Origin: an uncultured Spirochaetota bacterium
Lineage (GTDB): Bacteria; Spirochaetota; Brevinematia; Brevinematales; JAOACQ01
DNA: 64,000 nt
Assembly (NCBI GenBank): GCA_963835575.1
Contig: CAWIGG010000003.1
Coordinates: 224,001-288,000 of the forward strand
Direction: 5' to 3'
The position numbers and the translations under genes are program-made. The notes beneath the pieces were generated by a model. It had not been told where the DNA came from. It did not search any database and saw nothing but the letters and a program-made list of their open reading frames with translations. This document shows, one piece after another, positions 1 through 9,460 of the stretch. Within the stretch, counting starts at the first letter, position 1; every line of letters starts with the position of its first letter.

Positions 1-228
1 TTGGCTTCCGTCAACGAAAAAGCAGAATATCTGCTTTAGTATATTCTCGATCTTTTGCCCTTTTGAACTTTTCCGCAGGCCGTCAAATATTCCAGTAATC
101 AGCGATAATACGTGTGTCCCTTTGAGGTATCTGCAAAAAAATGCCAATCCTCCCCTGCCGCTTAATAGATCATCCGTTATTCCAATTTCAGAAATCTCAT
201 TTTTGCAATATTTATTTTTTTCAGCCAT
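1..228 (-). mobile_element. N-terminus of a probable IS1380-family transposase, running off the window edge; element end near 330
   Basis: Manual translation MAEKNKYCKNEISEIGITDDLLSGRGGLAFFCRYLK resembles the 'T.D.LT.RGGL' start of IS1380-type transposases. Not in the ORF track. Confidence 0.6.
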
Positions 229-604
229 AATTAACCTGCTTTTGCACCCAATGGGTGTTTTTTCGGGGTAAGGATGGCGGCAACCATTTCCTTACCCCAT
301 TCTATTTTAGCATGGTTTTTTATAATTCGGCTAATAAAGAATCGCTCAGTTTAGGATAATATTCCTGTTTTTAAAGATTCTGTCATTTTCATTTCAATAA
401 TTATAAAATCTATTTTCATATGTATCTAAAAAATAATAAAACCCCAGAATATTTTTACAGTTGTTTTAAATAACATAATCTTTCATCTTATAATCCGTGT
501 TAATCAGAAAAATCCGTGTTATCCGTGTGAAACATCGGATCTATACAAAATATTCATTTTAATAAAATTCTTCCTTTTCATTAAGCTGTTGGTATTATTA
601 AATG

Positions 605-1162
605 TTACCTAAGATGTTCTACCAGAATCTTTACTCCTATCCCGATCAGGATCAAACCTCCGATCAGTTCCAGCTTTTTTTCGAAAATATGGCCGAACTG
701 CTTTCCGATAAAGACGCCGGCCAGTGAAATAATAAAAGTCGTCACGCCGATTATCACAGCCGGCATGATGATGACCGTGTTCAGGAAGGAGAGGCTCAGA
801 CCGACGGCCAGGGCGTCGATGGAAGTGGCGATGGAAAGAACCAGCAGGTTGGGCATATTCATCGGACAGCTTTTTTCTTCCTCTTTTTCAAGAAGAAAAG
901 ACTCATAAATCATTTTTCCGCCGATGAAGCCTAACAGGCCGAATGTCAGCCAGTGGTCAAAGCTGGAGATTAAATTCCGGAATGAAAGTCCTGCCAGGAA
1001 GCCGAGTATGGGCATCAGCGCCTGAAAGCCGCCGAAAAAACCTGCCATCCGTAACGCCTGCGATAGGCGGACATTTTTTGTGACAAAACCGCTCGTTACG
1101 GCAACTGCGAACGCGTCCATTGAAAGCCCGACGGCTAGAAATAATAAAGTAATAATGTCCAT
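605..1162 (-). CDS. mntP: Manganese efflux pump MntP
   Basis: GLSMDAFAVA and ATSIDALAVG motifs, hydrophobic 185 aa. Confidence 0.9.
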   Translation of the reverse strand: MDIITLLFLAVGLSMDAFAVAVTSGFVTKNVRLSQALRMAGFFGGFQALMPILGFLAGLSFRNLISSFDHWLTFGLLGFIGGKMIYESFLLEKEEEKSCPMNMPNLLVLSIATSIDALAVGLSLSFLNTVIIMPAVIIGVTTFIISLAGVFIGKQFGHIFEKKLELIGGLILIGIGVKILVEHLR

Positions 1163-1176
1163 TTATAAACCTGCAT

Positions 1177-1908
1177 TTATCTATAGTTTTTCATCGCTCC
1201 GGTGAAATTTGTCGTGTAGCCGCTGTGCCCTGTCAGTAAAACACCGATGTTATCAAGCTTTGCGAGTTTTTTTATGGATTTTATTTCCATAGGAGTATCC
1301 ATATTAATGAATTCCACAAAATTGGTAGCGATGCCGTCCTGAAGGCGTAAAGTATCACCGGTGAATAAGTATTTATTATCGATCAAATAGCTCATTGAGC
1401 CGGGCGTGTGGCCGGGGGTTGACAGGGCGGTGATTTTAACGGTCCCGATTTCTATTTTTTCGCCGTCCTTTAAAAGGGTGTATTTTTTATCCAGCCTGTT
1501 ATGCATCAGTCCGAAAAAGCGGGCTGTTTTGCCGTTCACCATCTGCTCTTCGTCCTGTGAAATGTAAATCGCGGCATTCGGAAAGGCGTGGATGCCGCCG
1601 GTATGGTCATAATCCGTATGGGTCAACAGAACGGCTTTTACAGATTCAGGATTAACGCCGATTTTTTTCATCTCGCCGGTATTCAATTTGGCATCCAACC
1701 CGGAGTCAACGCAGATGGTGTTGATACCATCCGAATAAACATAGAAATTGACGATTCCCGCATTGACAGCATAAAGGCCCACGGTTATTTTGCCGGTTGC
1801 CGCGGGATGCTGAAACTTCCGCATTGAAGAAATCCGCATAAATTGAAAAGCGATAAAAATGACTATGATGCCGATTAAAATTCCAAGGATTCTCAGGAAT
1901 ATTTTCAT
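1177..1908 (-). CDS. MBL-fold metallo-hydrolase with N-terminal membrane anchor
   Basis: THTDYDHTGG, TPGHTPGS, FTGD and GH motifs. Confidence 0.85.
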   Translation of the reverse strand: MKIFLRILGILIGIIVIFIAFQFMRISSMRKFQHPAATGKITVGLYAVNAGIVNFYVYSDGINTICVDSGLDAKLNTGEMKKIGVNPESVKAVLLTHTDYDHTGGIHAFPNAAIYISQDEEQMVNGKTARFFGLMHNRLDKKYTLLKDGEKIEIGTVKITALSTPGHTPGSMSYLIDNKYLFTGDTLRLQDGIATNFVEFINMDTPMEIKSIKKLAKLDNIGVLLTGHSGYTTNFTGAMKNYR

Positions 1909-2126
1909 ATCAAAGCTCCTTAATATAAATATTATTATTATAACTTATAATTAATAATAATATGAATAATTATAATGTTGATTTACAAATTCATAAAGGG
2001 AGATTTTTCGGCGCTTTAATAGACAGCCCCTCAATTTGGACATCAATGAGGAAAAATATTGTCGTTATATCAGGAAAATATTATAATAAGAAGACTTATA
2101 TTAATTATTTTATTCCGGAGGAAAAA

Positions 2127-2573
2127 TTGAATAGTTCAATATCCGCTTATTGCGGCTTATACTGCGGTTCGTGCCCGGTCTTTTTGGAGACTAAAGAAAA
2201 GGGCCGGTATCCCGATTTGACGGATATGAGTCTAAAAACACCATGTTACGGCTGCAGGAGCGGAGTCAATCCGCCCTGGTGCGGAGAGTGTGTTTTAAAA
2301 GCCTGCGCAAAGCGTAAAGGATATGATTTCTGCCATGAATGCGGCGAGTATCCATGCCGGGAACTGATCGAATTCAGGAACAGCAGGCAGTATCCCTATC
2401 ATATTGAGGTTTTTGACTATTTAAAAACGATCAGGGATGAGGGGGAGGAAAAGTGGCTTAAAGAAATGGAAACGAGGTGGAGCTGTCCGGATTGCGGAAC
2501 ACCGGCCGGATGGTTTGACCTCAAGTGTGTTAAGTGCGGCGAGATGCTGAACGGTTATGAAAAACCGGTTTAA
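2127..2573 (+). CDS. DUF3795-like Cys-rich protein
   Basis: AYCGLYCGSC, CYGCR, FCHECGEYPC motifs; GGAGG precedes TTG at 2127. Confidence 0.75.
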   Translation: MNSSISAYCGLYCGSCPVFLETKEKGRYPDLTDMSLKTPCYGCRSGVNPPWCGECVLKACAKRKGYDFCHECGEYPCRELIEFRNSRQYPYHIEVFDYLKTIRDEGEEKWLKEMETRWSCPDCGTPAGWFDLKCVKCGEMLNGYEKPV

Positions 2574-2576
2574 TTA

Positions 2577-2622
2577 TTAAGAGCAGTTCCAAAAACTCAA
2601 AGTTTTTGGAACTGCCGCTATA
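2577..2622. repeat. Hairpin repeat homologous to the left end of the MITE at 17475
   Basis: GCAGTTCCAAAAACTCAAAGTTTTTGGAACTGCCGCTA. Confidence 0.7.
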
Positions 2623-2764
2623 ACATAAACTTCAAGTAAATAAAAACGGCGCTGCCGCGTGAAATATGCGCAGCATACGCGGCGGCCGCAATACCTGGCA
2701 CAATGGCGCATTCCAAAAAATCTTTTTTTAAACCACGGAGATCACTGAGGACACAGAGAAATTC

Positions 2765-3451
2765 TTAAATGTATTTTTTTCCATTTTTATTATTATAGTT
2801 TAAAAAAATTAGCCGGGCATATCCTGAGGATGCAAATAAGACGCCGGCAAAAAACAAAAGCCAGTCATAACGCGCCGGGAATTGGTTCGATGGCGGATAA
2901 AGCATGAAAGACGCAAGCCAGCTTATTAAGGCTCCTGATAAAAGGATTACTGTTAATAGCCCGTTTTTGATTTTAATGAATTTTTTATAAATAGTAAGAA
3001 TAATCAAGGAGCCTGTTATGCCCAATAATGAAATTGCGACAGGCGCTATGACAGGCGCAAACCATGGCACAGGTATCAGGAAAAGCACGTCCCAGTCGAG
3101 TAGCGTCTTCGGCCAGCCTTCGAATAGATAGAGCCCTCCGTAATAAACAATATCCCAGACGGCGAAAATGAAAACGAAATTGGCGAGACGCCTGATCGCC
3201 GGGCCTTTAGTTAATAGAGCGACGCTTAAAAGAACAACCAGAGTTGCAAGCTCGCGGCCCATTTCCACAAGAAGCGTATGAAGGTCGATGACGAGATTCA
3301 GGGTTAAGCCATGCGGATAAAAATGAAGACGCAGGTAATGGGCCACGGCCCCTTCGATATACCCGAAAGCGATCCCGAACGCGGCCAGTTTTATGAGTTC
3401 CGGGATAATTGACTCTTTTTTTAGAGCGGCGGCGGTCAATGCCCTTTTCAT
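2765..3451 (-). CDS. Hypothetical multi-pass membrane protein
   Basis: Multiple hydrophobic helices; WDIVYY...WP...DWDVLFLIPVPW motif. Confidence 0.7.
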   Translation of the reverse strand: MKRALTAAALKKESIIPELIKLAAFGIAFGYIEGAVAHYLRLHFYPHGLTLNLVIDLHTLLVEMGRELATLVVLLSVALLTKGPAIRRLANFVFIFAVWDIVYYGGLYLFEGWPKTLLDWDVLFLIPVPWFAPVIAPVAISLLGITGSLIILTIYKKFIKIKNGLLTVILLSGALISWLASFMLYPPSNQFPARYDWLLFFAGVLFASSGYARLIFLNYNNKNGKKYI

Positions 3452-3535
3452 ATTGTTACTCCTGAATCGTTAGTTGTATCAAAGCTCTTTGAATCTCAAA
3501 GTGTATTTTTTTATAACCTGTTTTTTTAATCCGTT

Positions 3536-3811
3536 TCAAGAGGTTTGTAAAAAATACTTATTGTCATAGCTGACTTTAACCGGGGTCTTATTCATAATAC
3601 CGGAGAATGAATGAACCGTTTGTCCGGCGGCATTCGGCGCCGCTGTACCGGCGGCGGTAAGAACGGCCGCTTTTTTTACCGTGTTCTCGCGGAAATATTT
3701 CAAAAGGGTCGATTTACCTGTGACGGCTTTGCCGGTGATGAAAAGGTTGCCGTTCGTGTTTTCCATTTTATGAAAAGCCAGCTTGAAGTCTTCCATCATT
3801 TCAATAGTCAT
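3536..3811 (-). pseudogene. Truncated PIF1/RecD-like helicase N-terminal fragment
   Basis: NLFITGKAVTGKSTLL (decayed Walker A) and GQTVHSF; only 91 aa. Confidence 0.7.
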
Positions 3812-4081
3812 ACTGCAGTCTCCTTCATTTTATTCAGCCGGGGGCAGGCTTTTGGCTTTAGTTTTTTTATCCGACTTTTTCCAATCTTTTATTTTAACAG
3901 AATAAAAAATTTAACAAAAATAATCGATAGATTTTAAATTGCATATAGGCATTCATCGCGGGAAAACTAAGAAAAAATGGATTCAGATATTTGATTGCTC
4001 CGCCGCATTTTTCTTTTGGGACTCATAATTGGAAGTTAAAACCTTCCTGCATAATGTTTAGATACCCGGTTAATATGCCGG

Positions 4082-7000
4082 GTTTCAATCCCTCATAGGT
4101 AAAGTAAAAAGTTATGAGGATATGTGGATCATCGGAATGCATCGGGGGTTTCAATCCCTCATAGGTAAAGTAAAAAGTTAAACCATTTTTCTACATTGGG
4201 TAAAAGATATTGAGTTTCAATCCCTCATAGGTAAAGTAAAAAGTGTAGCCGCCGGAGTACCGCCGCTTGCATAAACAGGTTTCAATCCCTCATAGGTAAA
4301 GTAAAAAGATGAAGAAAGAAGGATTGACCGAAGTCAGATTTAGATGTTTCAATCCCTCATAGGTAAAGTAAAAAGTTGGGGATGCTACAAAAAGATTTGG
4401 CGAGTTAAGCGAGTTTCAATCCCTCATAGGTAAAGTAAAAAGAAAATCCCAATCTGTAGAACATTCACATTCAACAATGTTTCAATCCCTCATAGGTAAA
4501 GTAAAAAGGCTCACCTTGACTTTAAACTTATCTTTCATTTATTAGTTTCAATCCCTCATAGGTAAAGTAAAAAGAGAGAATTAATACCATTACCTGATTT
4601 AGAATCAAATGTTTCAATCCCTCATAGGTAAAGTAAAAAGGTTTCGGCCTTCCAGCCATCATCAGCAGGTTATAAAAGTTTCAATCCCTCATAGGTAAAG
4701 TAAAAAGTACTGTTTTTCTTTTATTTCTGGTTTTTGTAATTGAAGTTTCAATCCCTCATAGGTAAAGTAAAAAGCTGGTCAGACGAGTATGGGTAAAACC
4801 GCTTTTATGTGGTTTCAATCCCTCATAGGTAAAGTAAAAAGGGGAATAGTTTTTTTTCTACCGTTCCCGATATAATGTTTCAATCCCTCATAGGTAAAGT
4901 AAAAAGTTTGGAATTTCACAGCAGGTACCGACTGGCGCGACTTGGTTTCAATCCCTCATAGGTAAAGTAAAAAGCAATCTGGTCGTTCGCATGTATTCCA
5001 CACTTCTGCGTTTCAATCCCTCATAGGTAAAGTAAAAAGTTTTGTTTTATTTGATTTATTGAAAATCCTTCGCAAGTTTCAATCCCTCATAGGTAAAGTA
5101 AAAAGTTTATAGGTGTACCGGTTTCTAACACCTCTTTAACAAGTTTCAATCCCTCATAGGTAAAGTAAAAAGGAAGTCAAGGAGGTTCCTGTTGAGCCGA
5201 TTTAATCTGTTTCAATCCCTCATAGGTAAAGTAAAAAGAACAATCCCCATTCCTTGACCCATTTTGCAATCATAGTTTCAATCCCTCATAGGTAAAGTAA
5301 AAAGGCAAAACTTGACGCTGAAGGGGTACCGGACGCGAAGGTTTCAATCCCTCATAGGTAAAGTAAAAAGGTATCACGTGCCGTATTTATTGCCGTACCG
5401 CTGCCGCGTTTCAATCCCTCATAGGTAAAGTAAAAAGCTGTTTTTCTTTTATTTCTGGTTTTTGTGATTGAAGTTTCAATCCCTCATAGGTAAAGTAAAA
5501 AGTCCTTTAGGTGAGGGTAGTTCAAAAGTGAGGAAAAAAGTTTCAATCCCTCATAGGTAAAGTAAAAAGGCGAAATGGACAAACTTTCACAATTGATGGA
5601 GTGTCAAGTTTCAATCCCTCATAGGTAAAGTAAAAAGATACCGGCACCCTGACCGTAACGACCCCAAGTATAGGTTTCAATCCCTCATAGGTAAAGTAAA
5701 AAGTTTCCTCTTTTGGTTCCCATTTTTCCAGATGTAAAGTTTCAATCCCTCATAGGTAAAGTAAAAAGTTATGATTTTATCCCGACCCATTATACGCTCT
5801 TCGGTTTCAATCCCTCATAGGTAAAGTAAAAAGCCCTTTCCCCTAAAGAAATTGAGATTGAATTTCGGAGTTTCAATCCCTCATAGGTAAAGTAAAAAGG
5901 CTTTACCAATGATACAGTCAAGTCAGGATATTTAGTTTCAATCCCTCATAGGTAAAGTAAAAAGGGTTGATAGACGGAACGGCATTGATGAAACCTATTT
6001 GTTTCAATCCCTCATAGGTAAAGTAAAAAGGGGAATCTGATCTCTCAATCTCAATTCCCTTTTTTCGTTTCAATCCCTCATAGGTAAAGTAAAAAGTTTC
6101 GGGCACCTGGACGGATGTCCTATGCAGCCGGAGTTTCAATCCCTCATAGGTAAAGTAAAAAGCAGCTTATACCCATCGCCTTCATATCTCCATTAACGGT
6201 TTCAATCCCTCATAGGTAAAGTAAAAAGTTGACTGGTCAAAAATAAATATATCAACATTTTTGCAGTTTCAATCCCTCATAGGTAAAGTAAAAAGATCAA
6301 TTGAATCCGCGTCTTTTTTAACCTGGAATTCGTTTCAATCCCTCATAGGTAAAGTAAAAAGCTATCTCCTACAGCATTGCCCAATAATTTTGGTTTTAGT
6401 TTCAATCCCTCATAGGTAAAGTAAAAAGCCAGGTGGGAGCGACATTAACTTTTTATGATCCAGAGTTTCAATCCCTCATAGGTAAAGTAAAAAGTAGGAC
6501 AAATTTTATTGGTCAAATCGTAATGTCGGATGTTTCAATCCCTCATAGGTAAAGTAAAAAGTATATTTATTCTGCTGCCGTTTGTGATTAATATAATGTT
6601 TCAATCCCTCATAGGTAAAGTAAAAAGAAAAACAAACATTCCTTTTCTCCATCATAATTCATAGTTTCAATCCCTCATAGGTAAAGTAAAAAGAAATATT
6701 AACGAATCTTATAGCAGAGAGGGAAAGGGGTTTCAATCCCTCATAGGTAAAGTAAAAAGGAAGGAATGGTTGCTGCTTTTATGGCTCTTGCCAAGTTTCA
6801 ATCCCTCATAGGTAAAGTAAAAAGTAGCACTGGTGACGAGGACCTTGCCACTTATTATGAGTTTCAATCCCTCATAGGTAAAGTAAAAAGAATGCCGCAT
6901 CTAACTGAGCTTTACTTATTTTTATAGGTTTCAATCCCTCATAGGTAAAGTAAAAAGCATCCACCATTTTTTGCAAAAGAATCCTGATAAGCAAGTTTCA

Positions 7001-7489
7001 ATCCCTCATAGGTAAAGTAAAAAGTTTCCGGCAAAACTTCAGTGATACTTGTCCCGGGTTAGTTTCAATCCCTCATAGGTAAAGTAAAAAGCAAGGCTTT
7101 CTGCAAATGAGATTTCCAAACAGAATAGTTTCAATCCCTCATAGGTAAAGTAAAAAGCATACACCATAGCACTTGATGGAATTGTCTATGGATTGTTTCA
7201 ATCCCTCATAGGTAAAGTAAAAAGTTATCTGTCCACAGCTTTGCATTGCACAGTGACTTAGTTTCAATCCCTCATAGGTAAAGTAAAAAGGATGTTAAAG
7301 GAGGAAGCGAATGGAAATATTAAATTTGTTTCAATCCCTCATAGGTAAAGTAAAAAGTTCTTTCAATGGTTTTTTATTCGGTTGGGGTATATGGGTTTCA
7401 ATCCCTCATAGGTAAAGTAAAAAGTCACGCTGCTCGGGTTAAATCCCCCGGCCTGTTTGGTTTCAATCCCTCATAGGTAAAGTAAAAAG
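4082..7489 (-). CRISPR. CRISPR array: 52 identical 30-bp repeats (CTTTTTACTTTACCTATGAGGGATTGAAAC) and 51 spacers of about 35-38 nt; degenerate trailer repeat near 4012-4042
   Basis: Repeats counted by eye. The ATTGAAAC 3' end, the degenerate repeat on the left and the AT-rich leader beside cas2 give - orientation. Confidence 0.98.
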
Positions 7490-7635
7490 CCCGTTTTTTT
7501 GGCTAAAAAGCCTCCTTTTTTCTGATATTTTATTATATAAGTTTTTTTCGTGAAAATCAACCCCAGATCCAATATAACGGACGCTCATTTCTGTCATAAC
7601 CCCGGTGTTTTTACATTATTACCCATCGACAGACG
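7490..7635 (-). promoter_or_regulatory. CRISPR leader
   Basis: Non-coding, AT-rich, between cas2 and the first repeat; TATAAT on the - strand near 7532-7537. Confidence 0.75.
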
Positions 7636-7902
7636 CTATAAAAACGAAATATCCGTTTTTTTATCTTTTCCGTAAACCTTGCGCTCACTGTACTGCATCG
7701 TACGGAATTTATAAATTACAAGCGAGTCGCCTTCTTCCTCATTCATCACTTTTCGGAGATCTGAGACCATCGCTTCATAATTCGCGTCGGATATCTCGCC
7801 TTCAAAAACCGAGTTCTGGACCCACAGCAGGTATTTCCGGCAGCGCTTGAGCATCTTGCCGACGCGCCTTTCCCCGATGTCGTAATATAAAATGACGAAC
7901 AT
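7636..7902 (-). CDS. cas2: Cas2
   Basis: ILYYDI...WVQNSVFEG. Confidence 0.95.
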   Translation of the reverse strand: MFVILYYDIGERRVGKMLKRCRKYLLWVQNSVFEGEISDANYEAMVSDLRKVMNEEEGDSLVIYKFRTMQYSERKVYGKDKKTDISFL

Positions 7903-7918
7903 AATTATACCCCTTTAT

Positions 7919-8929
7919 TCACCACTCCATCACAAAAGGCTCGTAATTCTCCTCGCCCATCAGGTGCTTTTCGATCTTGTAAAGCTCCATGCGGATCAGC
8001 CTGCGGTAGCTGACCTCCTTTTTCAACTTGTAATGCATGATCGTGTCCTTGTACCGTTCTTCCAGATGTTCCAGGAACTTTCTTTTCCCCTTATCATTAA
8101 GCGTAATGCCGTTCAATGATTTCTCAAAATCATCCTCCTGAATGATATTTTTATTTATGAGGGAAAAAATGCACCGGTCGCCGATAACCACCTTGAATAT
8201 CTCGGCCGCGTCCAGGTTCAGGGAAAAACGCCGGAAATTTGAGGTATGGAGAAAGCCGATCCGGGGGTCCAGGTGCGTCCTGTAGATTTCCGAAAGGACG
8301 GCGGTATAGATCATAGAGTTGGAAAAGCTGATAAGGGCGTTGATATTGTCCCGCGGGGGGCGCTTCGAGCGTCCGCTGAACTCAAAGGCGGGATTGACGA
8401 TGATCGTATTGAACGCGCTGTAATAGGACTTTTTTATTTTGCCTTCCAGCGCCATCAGGCCCTCGATGCCGTTTTCCCCCTGGATCAAGGGGACCATCGC
8501 CTCTATTTCATCAATGACAGTTTCCAGGTCTTTTTCCCTTCTATTATAATACTTGAGTACCTTCAAACTGTTTTTTGCCGCCCCTTCCACGAACTTCCGC
8601 GCGAGGCGGAGCCTTTTCGCCGTATCCATATAATGCTCGGCCTGCTTTAGGATCATATAGCCGGAATTATAATGCTCCCTGGGATAATACGATCCGATGT
8701 AATAATCGTAGTAATTAAAAAACGAAAGCATTATTTCCTTCTGTGTGAGAAACTCCAGCAGGCGCTTATTCAGCGTCACCTCGCCGAAAATGAAAATCTC
8801 CCTGACATTCTCAACGGGAATAAACCTTTTAATGATCTCCTTTGTATCCGGGTCTTCCTGCTCGAAAAGGAGTGTATCGTTCTCGCGCTTGAGGACACCG
8901 CTGTTAAAGATATAAACGGTCGATTTCAT
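7919..8929 (-). CDS. cas1: Cas1, type I-B
   Basis: RPPRDNINALISF, LDPRIGFLH, SLNLDAAEIFK; SD before MKST at 8929. Confidence 0.95.
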   Translation of the reverse strand: MKSTVYIFNSGVLKRENDTLLFEQEDPDTKEIIKRFIPVENVREIFIFGEVTLNKRLLEFLTQKEIMLSFFNYYDYYIGSYYPREHYNSGYMILKQAEHYMDTAKRLRLARKFVEGAAKNSLKVLKYYNRREKDLETVIDEIEAMVPLIQGENGIEGLMALEGKIKKSYYSAFNTIIVNPAFEFSGRSKRPPRDNINALISFSNSMIYTAVLSEIYRTHLDPRIGFLHTSNFRRFSLNLDAAEIFKVVIGDRCIFSLINKNIIQEDDFEKSLNGITLNDKGKRKFLEHLEERYKDTIMHYKLKKEVSYRRLIRMELYKIEKHLMGEENYEPFVMEW

Positions 8930-8940
8930 GAAACCTCCTT

Positions 8941-9441
8941 TTACGCCCAGCAGAAGTCGGAGTGATTGCACTTCGGGCAGAGCCTCAGGCGGACCGCCGG
9001 GGGCGGCGATTCCCGGTCAAGAACTTCCGCCAGTAAAACCTGATCGCTTTCTATTTTTTTCTCATCGTCGGAGGTCAGCTCCACAGTAACACTGAGTTTC
9101 TCCCTCGGCACTTTGATCATGCCTTTCATTTTGATATTTTTGAGTTTCAAAAGATAAAGGTAATACTTGAGCTGCCATTTCGCGCTTTCCAGCGTCTTTG
9201 ACGACTTCTTGACCTCGGCTATAAAATATTCCCCGTCCTTTTTCGTCACCATGTCGATCACCGCCTCGAACTCCGCCAGGTAAATCTGCTTCTTCTCGCG
9301 CTCAAACGAGTCTTTGTTGATCAGCCGCCCGATCTCGACAAAATCGTTCTGCTGATCGCCGCAAAGCTGACGCCGCATGAGCCACGCCTGCCTGGGGCAG
9401 ATGTGGAAGGCGTTGAAAAGGGAGGGTGGGAAGGTTTGCAT
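8941..9441 (-). CDS. cas4: Cas4
   Basis: CPRQAW, D...EVKK, QLKYY, C-terminal CPKC...C; AAGGAG before ATG at 9441. Confidence 0.92.
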   Translation of the reverse strand: MQTFPPSLFNAFHICPRQAWLMRRQLCGDQQNDFVEIGRLINKDSFEREKKQIYLAEFEAVIDMVTKKDGEYFIAEVKKSSKTLESAKWQLKYYLYLLKLKNIKMKGMIKVPREKLSVTVELTSDDEKKIESDQVLLAEVLDRESPPPAVRLRLCPKCNHSDFCWA

Positions 9442-9460
9442 AGGGCGGCTCCTTGGGTTA

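Noticed and set aside
1163..1960. yybP-ykoY Mn riboswitch for mntP
   Set aside because: Only 14 bp separate mntP from the upstream gene and no motif was recognised upstream of the pair.
5834..6066. Two spacers sharing AATTGAGATTGA on opposite strands
   Set aside because: Only 12 nt with unrelated flanks; chance is plausible.
5918..6139. 73-aa ORF with repeats
   Set aside because: Translation of CRISPR repeats and spacers.
4112..7459. Spacers targeting sequences inside this window
   Set aside because: None seen by eye; BLAST is needed to exclude it.
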